From Thermodesulfobacteriota bacterium (GTDB lineage: Bacteria > Desulfobacterota > Binatia > Bin18), in assembly GCA_964291405.2 (NCBI GenBank), contig OZ219926.1, forward strand, positions 1,760,001 to 1,824,000: a DNA stretch of 64,000 nt, in the 5' to 3' direction. Of the stretch, positions 27,467 to 37,051 are shown piece by piece. Below the pieces are notes generated by a model. It saw nothing but the letters and a program-made list of their open reading frames with translations. It was not told the DNA's origin and did no database searches. How positions within the stretch are numbered: the first letter of the stretch is position 1; the number at the start of each line of letters is the position of its first letter. Made by a program: the position numbers and the translations under genes.

Positions 27467-27496
27467 TCTACACAGCCTGGAGGGACAGCGTCAAGG
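27467..27496 (-). promoter_or_regulatory. putative sigma-70 promoter of the UGSC operon
   Basis: Minus strand TTGACG-N18-TAGACA, just upstream of the first gene of the operon. Confidence 0.5.
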
Positions 27497-27564
27497 GTTT
27501 ACACCTGCCTCGCAACTCAAGCCCTTGAAGAATGCTGTTCAGCCTCTAGCGGAAGCGCCTCTGT

Positions 27565-28095
27565 TTACTCGGATTGTGCTCCAACCAAAACGAAAGCCAC
27601 CAGAGCTGGCTCTGCTGAACGATTACTCCAGGCATGATTGGTCGCTCGCTGGATGAGGACATCCCCGGCCTGCATGCAAGTTTCATCTTCTTCCATGACT
27701 GCCCATATCTCACCCGACAGGACGATGGCATAGTCTACTGAGGCAGTTTTATGCATCATCGGGGTCGAGCTAGTGGAATCGGCGGCATGACCCGCCTCCA
27801 TGGAGGAAAAGACTTCGCTCGCATCAGTCCGGTCTTGCCATGCCGCATCAGGTGGAAACTCGACGGCGCGGCAGATTGTCCCGGTCGGCCGAGGTTCCAG
27901 ATGCATAGGACGATCAACAGGGTCGGCATCACCGGACAGGTCAGCAGGCGCAGTTGTCGTCTCCCATAGATCAGTGGCTCGTAGTCCTGGCACTGCTTCG
28001 AGATCCAGAATACTCGTGGCAATGGCATCTTCAGCAATGACCGATTTTCCCTTAGCGTTGTGGCCGGTCACAATTCGGCGGATTTGCTTTGGCAT
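27565..28095 (-). CDS. cupin domain protein
   Basis: IRRIVTGHNAKGKS, MHKTASVDYAIVLSGE, IQRATNHAWSN. Confidence 0.88.
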   Translation of the reverse strand: MPKQIRRIVTGHNAKGKSVIAEDAIATSILDLEAVPGLRATDLWETTTAPADLSGDADPVDRPMHLEPRPTGTICRAVEFPPDAAWQDRTDASEVFSSMEAGHAADSTSSTPMMHKTASVDYAIVLSGEIWAVMEEDETCMQAGDVLIQRATNHAWSNRSAEPALVAFVLVGAQSE

Positions 28096-28348
28096 CTCTC
28101 TCCCTCTCATTCATGCTCGGTGTTACTCTTCCTCTCTACGTTCCAAGCTTTCCCGCATCTCCTGCACAGGACCTACATCAAGGAATGTTTATTTGAGTTC
28201 CTGATCTTGTAGCTGATAGGCCACCTCTTCAATAGGTCCAAATGGCATTGCCGTATCTACCCACCCGTACCCATCTCTATTATCCCTTTTACTCACACAG
28301 CTTCCCAATCGCCCGCTAGGTTTTCCATACCAGCGGAGATGCTGTCAA

Positions 28349-28505
28349 TTACCGGGCGAATCCCTGAAGTCCCTTCACAGCCTGCTTCGGTGGAATCTCT
28401 TCTGCATTCTCGGCTTGCCCAGTCGGCTGAACCGATACTCCTTCAGGCATATGAATCGTGGAGGTTGGGAAGGCGGCTTGGGCGCCGTGCGATTCGATAA
28501 TCCCC
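28349..28505 (-). pseudogene. second, diverged copy of the mscS 3' end
   Basis: 28418-28505 matches 32122-32209 (7 differences in 88 nt by eye). Encodes IIESHGAQAAFPTSTIHMPEG with a different tail. Confidence 0.85.
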
Positions 28506-28584
28506 ATCAATTGATCCATATGTGAATTGCTCCCCAAGCCGGTCTTCTGATGCCTACACAGCCCATAGGGACAGCGTCAAGGGT
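28506..28584. repeat. degenerate copy of the promoter and first codons of the UGSC operon
   Basis: TCTGATGCCTACACAGCCCATAGGGACAGCGTCAAGGGT versus TCTGATGTCTACACAGCCTGGAGGGACAGCGTCAAGGGT at 27460-27498. Adjacent codons QFTYGSID versus QFTSEQID. Confidence 0.75.
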
Positions 28585-28655
28585 GAGCGTTGTCGGAAGA
28601 GGTATGATACCTGTCCAGTTCGCGGTATGTTTATGAGCATCGAAGAAGCAGGCAG

Positions 28656-28991
28656 ATGGCAAAGATCGCTTCGAAAGTCCTCCGTGAGATCGTTCGGCGT
28701 ATTGTCGCCGTTGCCCAGCCGGATCGGATCATCCTATTTGGCTCTGCAGCTCGCGGTGAAATGGGTCCACATAGCGATGTCGATCTTCTTGTGGTCAAGC
28801 AGGGAGAATTCGATCAAGGACAACTCGTCGGCGATCTTTATATGAACCTGCATGGGGTGGGACAGGCGGTAGACCTGGTTGTAGTGACCCCAGAACAAGT
28901 TGAGCGTTATCGAAACACGCATTGTCTTGTCATTGCACCAGCACTACGCCAGGGAAAAGAAATCTACCGTGCCGACACGTTATCCGCCTGA
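28656..28991 (+). CDS. minimal nucleotidyltransferase (MNT) antitoxin
   Basis: ILFGSAARG...SDVDLLVV...VDLVV. Confidence 0.9.
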   Translation: MAKIASKVLREIVRRIVAVAQPDRIILFGSAARGEMGPHSDVDLLVVKQGEFDQGQLVGDLYMNLHGVGQAVDLVVVTPEQVERYRNTHCLVIAPALRQGKEIYRADTLSA

Positions 28992-29370
28992 AGATCCCCG
29001 CGAATGGCTCAACAGAGCCCGCAGCAACCTCCTCCTGGCAAAAGCCCCCAGGCGCAATATCTATCTGGAGGATTTGTGTTTCAACGCACAGCAAGCCGCG
29101 GAGAAGGCCATTAAAGCTATCCTGATTGCCCATGAAGTCGAGTTTCCGTATGTCCACGATATTACGGAACTCCTCACCACGTTGGAAAAAACGGGACAAA
29201 AAATCCCTCCATCCATCAAACAAGCAGAGCGCCTGACCCGTTTTGCGATTTCCACTCGATACCCTGGGATTGCAAGCACTATTCGGCGTGAAGAATATCA
29301 GGAAACGCTTGCAGTCGCAGAGAAAGTTATCCGCTGGGCAAGGACACTTGTTCGGGAAAAAGTTGGTTGA
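28969..29370 (+). CDS. HEPN domain protein
   Basis: WLNRARSNL, CFNAQQAAEKAIKA, HDITEL, TRYP. Overlaps the MNT gene. Confidence 0.88.
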   Translation: MPTRYPPEDPREWLNRARSNLLLAKAPRRNIYLEDLCFNAQQAAEKAIKAILIAHEVEFPYVHDITELLTTLEKTGQKIPPSIKQAERLTRFAISTRYPGIASTIRREEYQETLAVAEKVIRWARTLVREKVG

Positions 29371-29386
29371 TCGGAGATCCAAGACC

Positions 29387-30440
29387 TAGAGCATTCTGTT
29401 TTTAGGTTGACGCATAGCCAGCGTGGGAGAAGTAATGGCTGCATTCTTCAGGTCCGAAGCGATCGAGGAGGGTGCCGACTCGGCGCCACGTCGCCTCGAC
29501 GGTGCGTTCAGCCGCTTGGCGGAGTCAGGCTTTGAGCTTGGCGAAGCCCTTTTCAATCGGGTTAAGATCGGGCGAATAGGGGGGCAGGAAGCGCAGCGTG
29601 GCGCCCGCCCGCTCGATGGCTGTCCGCCCGGCGGCCCTCTTGTGGCTGCTGAGATTGTCCAGGATGACGATATCGCCGGCAGTCAGAGTGGGGAGGAGGC
29701 ATTGTTCCACATAGGCGAGGAAGCGGGGGCCATTGATCGGGCCATCGCAGACACAGGGGGCGGTCAGGCGGTCGCGCCGGAGGGCAGCCCCGAAGGGCAG
29801 GGGTTGCCAATGACCATAGGGCCGCGTGGCGGCCAACCGCGTGCCGCGGGGGCAGCGGCCGTGGCTGCGCGGCATAGTGGTCTTGGCCCACGTCTCATCA
29901 AGAACACGAGCCGGTGGGGATCAAGCTGGCCTTGGGAGCGCTGCCAACGTGCCCGCCGCCGCGCGCTGTCAGGGCGCTCCTGCTCGGAGGCCGAGAGACT
30001 TTTTTTTGAAGCTGATCCCGGCCCCTTTGAAGAACCGGGACAGCCTCCCGGTATCGGCCTGCACCCCTCGCTCTACCAACAACCGGGCCGCTAACGCTGC
30101 CAACGTGATGGCCGGTTGCGCCGCGATCACCGCCAATAACCACGCGCGCTCCGGTTGCACCTTCGAGGGCCGATGCCCCCCAGTGCCCGCACTCCCCCGC
30201 TCCCCGGCAAGCGCTGGAGCCACTTGATCGCTGAGGCACTACTGACCCCAAACCGCCGCGCCGCTGCACGCCGGCTCATCCCCTCGCGCTGTACGGCATC
30301 AATCACTCGGTCCCGCAAATCTTGATAATACGCTCGGGCCATCGGCTGCTCGCCTCCTTACCTCCTCCGCCCCGTAGCCTGCCACACCTCCACGCTGGCT
30401 GAAACAGCCCCCCGATTCAATCTATTCACAGAATGCTCTA
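29387..30440 (-). mobile_element. IS630-family insertion sequence with degenerate transposase
   Basis: Terminal inverted repeats TAGAGCATTCTGT...TAG(G/A)TTGA with TA at both ends. MARAYYQDLRDRV HTH start, A8G slippery run at about 30000, LDNLSSHK and [12 protein letters not shown]. Extra frameshifts and a premature TGA. Confidence 0.92.
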
Positions 30441-30642
30441 AAGTCTCGGATCTATATCAAGAGATGCAAACCTGACCCTATAATCACATCAAAAAGCCAC
30501 CCTCCCACTTGTTGAGGGAAAGAAATCTATTCTTCGCTGCCGGTCCGCCGGATTGATGGCCCCTCAGGTACATAGGGCGTCGGGGTTGGGAGTGTAGCCA
30601 CCTCAGATTTACTAATTGAAGCGTATCTATATGTCTGTGGAA

Positions 30643-31974
30643 TCATGACAGAAAACGTGCAGTAAGAATGCTTTCCCGCTTCTTTGTTCGGAAAACTTGG
30701 TACTTTATAAGGGGATGCTCCACTGTGCATACCATCACATTCGAATGCTCACCATAGTATTCGGTCCGTTCGATTCTACTAAGATAGGTAAAGCCGCTTG
30801 TACTTGTCCGCTTCTTGTTGACTACATAGCTATCAAAGGCGCTCTTAGAGAGCTGATTGATAGGGCTCGACATGAGCTCATGGAGTAGAACCGAAGGGCT
30901 CCCATCATTCGCGGTGAGTTCCATCGTCGCATGATAACTATTGTGCATATCGCCAGTAAGGAAGGTCAGCCTAGTGATCTTTATTCTTCACAATAAATTC
31001 CAATACTGCTTCCCGCTGCTCACGAAAGATATCGCTACACCATTTATCTTTACCAGGATCACGTACCTCACCCACAAAAGGGGCACTGGTAATCACGAAT
31101 TTGACAGCGTTTCTATGTTGCTCTAACCACTTGAAGAGCAACTGCATCTGAGTTGGGCTTATAATTTGGTTATCACTGTTGCGATTCTGATAGCGTTCAG
31201 TCCGGGTATCCAATACAAAAAACTGCGTAGCCCCATAGTTGAAGCAATAGTAAAGCGCCTGCATGCCAAAGCTTTGCGGGTTGTGGATATGTTGAAATTC
31301 GCGATACGCCTTGAGACTGTATTGCCGAATCGCCTCAACAGTGCTGCCAAACCAGCCGGTTGACATATCATTGGAAAAATTATCTTCCATTTCGTGATCG
31401 TCAAGAATCATGTATTGAGGCAGTCGAGTAAAGAAGCGCCGTGTCGCTCGGCTGTCACTCCAAGCATCTAAGTATTTCTCACGATACTCTTTGAGATCCG
31501 CGGGTTTTAGTGGATTCGGAATATCGTAATAGATTTGATCGCCGCAATGAATCATAAATTGAGCCTTCTCCCGCACAGCTATCTCACCAATTGTTCCGAA
31601 CGCGACGTCAGAGGAAATATCGTCTAACGAGTGTAAATTACAACTGCCAAGGAGAAAACTAAATGGTTGAGGCTTCTCTGGCGGTGGAAATGTCGTAAAA
31701 CATCCCGTCGAGTGGCCAAACTCCGCACGGTGAGACTCTGGAGTATCACAGGTACGACCAAAACTGACTGGACAGTATAGGCAGACTGTGGACAGAGCCC
31801 CTTCACTTCAACAACGCCGGTATAGCCATGACGTGATTCTAACTCAATAGGCTTTGGTTGCTCAGGGTGAGCTGGCCCCTTTATGGTGAGGAATACCACC
31901 GGATGACGACGATCCCCGCGGACCCAGATACGGGCCGAATCGTGACTCGTATGCCCAATGATCAGTCTGGCCAA
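30643..31974 (-). pseudogene. PhoD-like alkaline phosphatase, frameshifted twice
   Basis: Three fragments join into SARIWVR...FLLGSCN...CGDQIYYD...DDHE...LDTRTER...FLTGDMHNS. Frameshifts near 31770 and 30980. AT-richer than the flanks. Confidence 0.82.
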
Positions 31975-32079
31975 TTCTTACCTCCTACCGTAACTGAACT
32001 CAATTATTACTCTTGGGATATATACAGTCAAACCTACGCCGTATTATTCAAGGACAGAATAGCGTCCCTACCTGAATAT

Positions 32080-33213
32080 TTAACTCGCGGCCCGTCCAGG
32101 CGGAGGCAGCTCTTCCGCATTCCCAGCGGGCTGAACCGATAGTCCTTCAGGCATATGAATCGTGGAGGTCGGGAAGGCGGCCTGGGCGCCGTGCGCTTCG
32201 ATAATCTCCAGGATTTTCAGCAGCACGTCCTGCTTGACCTTGTGGTAGTCGGCCCAATCCGTCGTTTTGGTAAACGTGTAGACAAAGAAATCCAGGGACG
32301 ACGGAGCAAAGGTATTGAAATTGACCATCAGAATCCGCGAGGTATCGATCTCGGGATGGGAACGCAGCATCCGCTCAACCGCGTGGACAATGGGCTCCAT
32401 CTTATTGGCGTCGTCATAGCGGATGCCGATCGTCTCGTAGATGCGCCGGTTCAACATCCGCGAGGGGTTCTCGACCGCGATCGTGGTGAAGATCGCGTTC
32501 GGGACGTATAACGGCCGCTTATCAAAGGTGCGGATACGCGTCAGTCGCCAACCGATCTGCTCAACGTCTCCCTCAATCTCGCGATCCGGAGAGCGGACCC
32601 AGTCGCCTACCGCAAACGGACGGTCAAGATAGAGCATCAGGCCCCCGAAAAAATTGGCCAATAAATCCTTGGCGGCAAAGCCGATGGCAAGGCCGCCAAT
32701 GCCGCCAAACGCCAGCACGCCGGCGACACTCACCCCCAGCGTCTGCAAGATTACCAAGGTCGCGATAACCGTCACGGTCAGGCGCAGCAGCTTGGCAACG
32801 GCATCCATGGTGGTGCGATCGTAGACTGCGCCTGTGTCTTCATATTTGGCGATAGTCGCTTCTTCCCCTTCTCTGATGAGGCGGACCAAAAACCAGGCAA
32901 AGAGGAGCACGACTCCCAGCAGGCGCACAGGGCCAAGCGCCGGAAAAAGCGCGAGTTCGGCCTGTTGCCGGACAGTATCAAGGGCCAGGCTCAGACCGAT
33001 AAAAAGCACCAGAAAAGCCAGCGGTCTTTGCAGCGCCGTGACGAACGCGTCGTCCCAATAGGCATGCGAGTCCAGGGCTTTGTGATGTAGACGGTTGAGG
33101 AGCCGCCGCAAAATGAAATGCAACGCGAGGGTGAGGGAAACAATGACAACAATCTGGACCAGCCACGAGGTGAGCCAATCGGGCTTGTCGGCGAAAAGGC
33201 GTGAGAGTTCCAT
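32080..33213 (-). CDS. mscS: MscS-family mechanosensitive channel (YnaI-like)
   Basis: GGIGGLAIGFAAKDLLANFFGG, DRPFAVGDW, VPNAIF, AFPT. Confidence 0.92.
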   Translation of the reverse strand: MELSRLFADKPDWLTSWLVQIVVIVSLTLALHFILRRLLNRLHHKALDSHAYWDDAFVTALQRPLAFLVLFIGLSLALDTVRQQAELALFPALGPVRLLGVVLLFAWFLVRLIREGEEATIAKYEDTGAVYDRTTMDAVAKLLRLTVTVIATLVILQTLGVSVAGVLAFGGIGGLAIGFAAKDLLANFFGGLMLYLDRPFAVGDWVRSPDREIEGDVEQIGWRLTRIRTFDKRPLYVPNAIFTTIAVENPSRMLNRRIYETIGIRYDDANKMEPIVHAVERMLRSHPEIDTSRILMVNFNTFAPSSLDFFVYTFTKTTDWADYHKVKQDVLLKILEIIEAHGAQAAFPTSTIHMPEGLSVQPAGNAEELPPPGRAAS

Positions 33214-33246
33214 ACCTGCCTCTGTCCGGTGTGTGAATGACGGGTC

Positions 33247-33879
33247 TCAACGCAGGATAACCACCCAGCGCGCACTCCAGTATATGAAGAAGAGCGCCAG
33301 CGCCTGGACTACATGGTAGAGCGCATTATAGCTCAAGTACACGGGGTGAAGGCTCCACCGCGCTTGCTGTATTCCCGCAGCAGCCAAGGTCAGGACGAGG
33401 CCGAGCAGGCCGATCAAAATCGCCGACTCACGCCCCTGTTGATACACCAGACCATAGACAACCAACAGGAAAAGCGTAGCCGGCAGATAGTATGAAACGG
33501 CAACCAGGAAATCCCGCGTAACGAACAGCACGACGCCGCAGTAGAGGACGAAGAGCGCAACAGCGCCGTACTGAATCCAGGCAGCCACACTTTCCGAGCA
33601 ATAGAGTCGCGCGCCGATGATCCAGCCGCACAGCGCGGTGACCCCAATCGCAATGAGGGTCGCTCCCCACAGGACGCTATGACCGAAGGTATCTGCGTTG
33701 GGGAAGTAGCCGTGCACCGTCCCACCACTGAGGGCAGCCACGCCGATTGAGGCAAAAAAGATGGCAAACCAGAGACGTAGCGAGCTGTCCGTCTGACCAT
33801 GGACGAGCAGCCAATAGACAAACAGCCCACACTCCAGCGTCAGGGCGTAATCGGTCAGGGTGACATCTGGCTCGTTCAT
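33247..33879 (-). CDS. seven-TM membrane protein (DUF6962-like)
   Basis: EPDVTLTDY, GGTVHG, NALYHVVQ, seven hydrophobic segments. Confidence 0.7.
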   Translation of the reverse strand: MNEPDVTLTDYALTLECGLFVYWLLVHGQTDSSLRLWFAIFFASIGVAALSGGTVHGYFPNADTFGHSVLWGATLIAIGVTALCGWIIGARLYCSESVAAWIQYGAVALFVLYCGVVLFVTRDFLVAVSYYLPATLFLLVVYGLVYQQGRESAILIGLLGLVLTLAAAGIQQARWSLHPVYLSYNALYHVVQALALFFIYWSARWVVILR

Positions 33880-33968
33880 GCTCGTCGTCTTACATCCACT
33901 TCTTGTTCTGGCGTGGTCTTTCCGTTACCACACTGACGAAAAGGATTGAATACAAAAAGGAGGACAGC

Positions 33969-34847
33969 ATGAAATATGGCATTCAACTCGGCGGTGGCGC
34001 GTCCGTGTCCCAACGCGACTCCCTCAAAAAACTCGCCGCAGCCGCAGAAGAGTTGGACTTTGATTCGCTCCTGATCGGCGACCATATTGTCATTCCCAAA
34101 CAGATCAGCTCCCCCTGGCCTTACGACGAATATGTGGGCGGCAAGACGCCGTATGCGGTCTATACCGAAATGGTCTGGCTGGACCCGTTCGACACCATGG
34201 CCTTTCTGGCGGCGATTACCGAACGGGTCCGCCTCGGGATCAGCGTCGTGATCGTGCCGTATCGGCACCCCTTTGATGTTGCGCGTCGCGTGGCCACCAT
34301 TGATGTGCTGTCCGGCGGGCGTTTTATTATGGGCATTGGAGTCGGCTGGTTGGAAGACGAATTTCGTCTGCTGAATATCCCCTTTACCGAGCGCGGCGCC
34401 CGCACGCGTGAGTATATTACCATGATGCAGGCCCTGTGGACTCAGGATTCGCCCCGTTTTTCCGGAAAATTCGTCGAGTTGCAGGAAGATGTCAACGTCT
34501 TGCCCCGCCCACTCCAAAAGCCCCATCCGCCCATCTGGGTTGGGGGAGAATCCAAGCCGGCGTTGAGGCGCGTGGCTGCTTTCGGCAATGGCTGGCACTG
34601 TGGCTTGGTCCTGCCCGAGCGGATTCCCGGCCTGCTGGATCAAATCAAGGACCTTATGGACGAGGCCGGGCGCGATTTTAACGAATTGGAGATTACCGCG
34701 CTGGCCCTCTCCAATAGAGCTGGCGACAAAGAGCTTGACGCGTACCGCACCGCCGGCGTTGACGTGCTCTATATGCTGCCGCTGAGCGACGAGACCGATG
34801 CCGTCATTGAGGAAATGCGCGCTTTTGCCGAGCGAATGAAAAATTAA
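33969..34847 (+). CDS. LLM-class (probably F420-dependent) oxidoreductase
   Basis: GDHIVIP, DVLSGGRFIMGIGVGW..EF, PLQKPHPPIWVGG. Confidence 0.88.
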   Translation: MKYGIQLGGGASVSQRDSLKKLAAAAEELDFDSLLIGDHIVIPKQISSPWPYDEYVGGKTPYAVYTEMVWLDPFDTMAFLAAITERVRLGISVVIVPYRHPFDVARRVATIDVLSGGRFIMGIGVGWLEDEFRLLNIPFTERGARTREYITMMQALWTQDSPRFSGKFVELQEDVNVLPRPLQKPHPPIWVGGESKPALRRVAAFGNGWHCGLVLPERIPGLLDQIKDLMDEAGRDFNELEITALALSNRAGDKELDAYRTAGVDVLYMLPLSDETDAVIEEMRAFAERMKN

Positions 34848-34848
34848 A

Positions 34849-35481
34849 TTAAGCGGTCCGCGGCTCCCGGGCCTGTGTGACCCCAATCATACTGTCTCGG
34901 GTGACCAGCTCGGTGAGTGCCTCCTCGCTCATGCCCTCGGTTCCGGCTGGCCGCCGGGGGATCACTAAGTAGCGCATATCGGCCGTGCTGTCGTACACGC
35001 GGACTTCTATATCGGGCGCGAATTCTAAGCCAAATTCTTTGAGGACGGTCCGCGGCTCTTTCACCACCCGTGCTCGGTAATTGAGACTTTTATACCAGTC
35101 GGGCGGCACGCCAAGGAGAGAACGGGGGTAGCAGGAACACAGGGTACACACCACGACATTATGAATAGTCGGCGTGTTCTCCACCGCCACCAGCGTACTC
35201 CAGGTGTCCACGTCAATGCCCAGCGTGGCAATGGCCGCCTTGGCGTCGGCAAGCAGGTGTTGCTTAAAGTGCGGATCGACCCAGGCGCGCGCAATCACCC
35301 GCGCTCCGACTGCGGGAGAGCGGGCATCCATATCTTCGACCGCCCGCCGCACGTCATCCGCGCTCAACAGTCCCTTTTCGATCAGCAGGGCCTGAATGGC
35401 TTCTACCCGCTGCTCGTAATAGGCCAGCTCGGCATCCTCTTCAAGCGGCAGGTGAGGGTCGGGGGCGTCGTGTTCGTGCAT
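34849..35481 (-). CDS. nthA: Co-type nitrile hydratase alpha / thiocyanate hydrolase gamma subunit
   Basis: VCTLCSCYP metal-binding motif (Thr/Tyr indicates Co type), PPDWYKS..YR, DSTADMRYLV. Confidence 0.92.
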   Translation of the reverse strand: MHEHDAPDPHLPLEEDAELAYYEQRVEAIQALLIEKGLLSADDVRRAVEDMDARSPAVGARVIARAWVDPHFKQHLLADAKAAIATLGIDVDTWSTLVAVENTPTIHNVVVCTLCSCYPRSLLGVPPDWYKSLNYRARVVKEPRTVLKEFGLEFAPDIEVRVYDSTADMRYLVIPRRPAGTEGMSEEALTELVTRDSMIGVTQAREPRTA

Positions 35482-35484
35482 CGT

Positions 35485-35790
35485 TTACTCCTCGGGAGCT
35501 GGCTCCAGCCAGTGTTCATAGATATCGATCAACAGCCGGTCATTCTGACAGAAAGGGGTAGATTCGGCGGATTCGGCGTGTACCCACATATGGGCTTGAT
35601 CAAAGCGGACTAAATACAGCGTTTGCTTAGGGCGTCCGTCTCCGCCATACGCCAGCGTCTCGGGGTTACGGAACGCGCCGTGGACCGCCTCGATGACGCC
35701 GACTTTGCCCTGAATATAAGTCGGCGTCCGGTAATGACCGGACGGGGTAGCAATTCGGATACGCACCCGATCTCCGGGCTGATACTGCAT
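35485..35790 (-). CDS. nitrile hydratase beta C-terminal (SH3-like) half
   Basis: GDRVRI, HYRTPTYIQGKVG, LYLVRF, IDIYEHWLEP. Confidence 0.85.
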   Translation of the reverse strand: MQYQPGDRVRIRIATPSGHYRTPTYIQGKVGVIEAVHGAFRNPETLAYGGDGRPKQTLYLVRFDQAHMWVHAESAESTPFCQNDRLLIDIYEHWLEPAPEE

Positions 35791-35799
35791 CGTCCGTCC

Positions 35800-36585
35800 C
35801 TAGTAGGCCGACAGTCCGCCGTCAACCGGCACGACCGCGCCGGTCATCATGCGGGCTTCGTCCGAGGCTAGAAAGAGGGCCACCCGGGCGATATCTTCAG
35901 GCTCACCCACCGAGAACGGATACTTCTTCAGTTGAGATTCCAGGTTGACGATACCGGACTGGCCGGCCGTCTGTGGCCTGTCTACGCCCAGGCGTTGCCG
36001 TACCCGGTCGGTCATGATCACGCCCGGACAGATCGCGTTGGCGCGAATCTTGTCCTTGGCATACGTCCCGGCCAGCACCTGGGTAAAAGCAATGACGCCA
36101 CCCTTGGCGGCGGTATAGACATGCAGCGGAAATGATCCGCGCAAAGCGACGACGGAGGACATATTGACAATCGCGCCACCACCGGCCTTGACGAGTTCAG
36201 GAATCCCGTACCGGCAGCACAAAAACGGGCCGAGCAAATCGAGCGACTGGGTATGCTGCCAGACCGACATATCAACCTCAGTCACCGTCGTGTCTTCGGC
36301 AATTGACCCGCCCGCACAGTTGTACAGAATATCGAGCCTAGCATAGCGCGCTACCGTTTGGTGGATAGCGTTTTTCACACTCTCTTCTTGGGTAACATCG
36401 GTTTCTATGAAAACCGCCTCTCCACCGGCGTCACGGACCAAGCGTTCGGTTTCGCGGCCGAGCTCGGGCTTGAGTTCGGCAATGACGACCTGTGCTCCCT
36501 CTTGGGTAAAAATCCGGGCAGCAGAGCGGGCAATGCCCGAACCCGCCCCGGTAATGAATGCGACTTTGCCATCGAGGCGTCCCAT
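35800..36585 (-). CDS. SDR family oxidoreductase
   Basis: TGAGSGIA, NCAG, YTAAK, NAICPG, VDGG. Confidence 0.92.
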   Translation of the reverse strand: MGRLDGKVAFITGAGSGIARSAARIFTQEGAQVVIAELKPELGRETERLVRDAGGEAVFIETDVTQEESVKNAIHQTVARYARLDILYNCAGGSIAEDTTVTEVDMSVWQHTQSLDLLGPFLCCRYGIPELVKAGGGAIVNMSSVVALRGSFPLHVYTAAKGGVIAFTQVLAGTYAKDKIRANAICPGVIMTDRVRQRLGVDRPQTAGQSGIVNLESQLKKYPFSVGEPEDIARVALFLASDEARMMTGAVVPVDGGLSAY

Positions 36586-36609
36586 CTCTTCCTCCTTTCA
36601 AGCCAGACT

Positions 36610-36933
36610 TCACTCCCCAGTTTCGATTTTACGCTGCTCCACGATCTGTTCAGCCTTGCGGTCAATCTCAGCTTTGGTGAGAACGTTCTTTTCAATCAGG
36701 AGGGTTTCAATCGCGCTGATCCAGCGTTCGTAATAACTCATGGTTTCATATGCCTCGGGCGGCAGACTCTCGATCGCCCGCCGCAACTCATCCACCCGGA
36801 TGACGCGTCGGTCCGCACTACTCAATAGCACGAGGAGTGCGTCGGTCCGCTTCTCCCAGAACGACAGTTCATGTTCCGCCTTGTTGATGGGTCCGGCATT
36901 AGGCCAGCCCCCACGGTCATGTACCCCCGGCAT
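36610..36933 (-). CDS. nitrile hydratase beta N-terminal half
   Basis: MPGVHDRGG, WEKR, DELRRAIE, YYERW. Confidence 0.85.
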   Translation of the reverse strand: MPGVHDRGGWPNAGPINKAEHELSFWEKRTDALLVLLSSADRRVIRVDELRRAIESLPPEAYETMSYYERWISAIETLLIEKNVLTKAEIDRKAEQIVEQRKIETGE

Positions 36934-37051
36934 GCGACCATCCTTCCTTTTTTTGGGCGGGTCTTTGTATTCTTCTGCCTCAAAAGCCGTGTAAATGGAA
37001 GTACTGAAACAGAGTTTGTCTTCCCTCCGGGGCTCGGTTATAGTCGGCCCC

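Noticed and set aside
28123-28275. Minus-strand frame ...IEEVAYQLQDQELK*TFLDVGPVQEMRE
   Set aside because: Looks like a decayed 3' gene remnant with an internal TAA and is too short to assign.
29525-29527. In-frame TGA in the IS630 transposase (FAKLKA*LRQAAERT) as a third Sec codon
   Set aside because: The position is not a Cys site in IS630 transposases and the gene has other frameshifts, so it is a nonsense mutation.
29423-30094. 223-aa + strand ORF
   Set aside because: Antisense shadow of the IS630 transposase.
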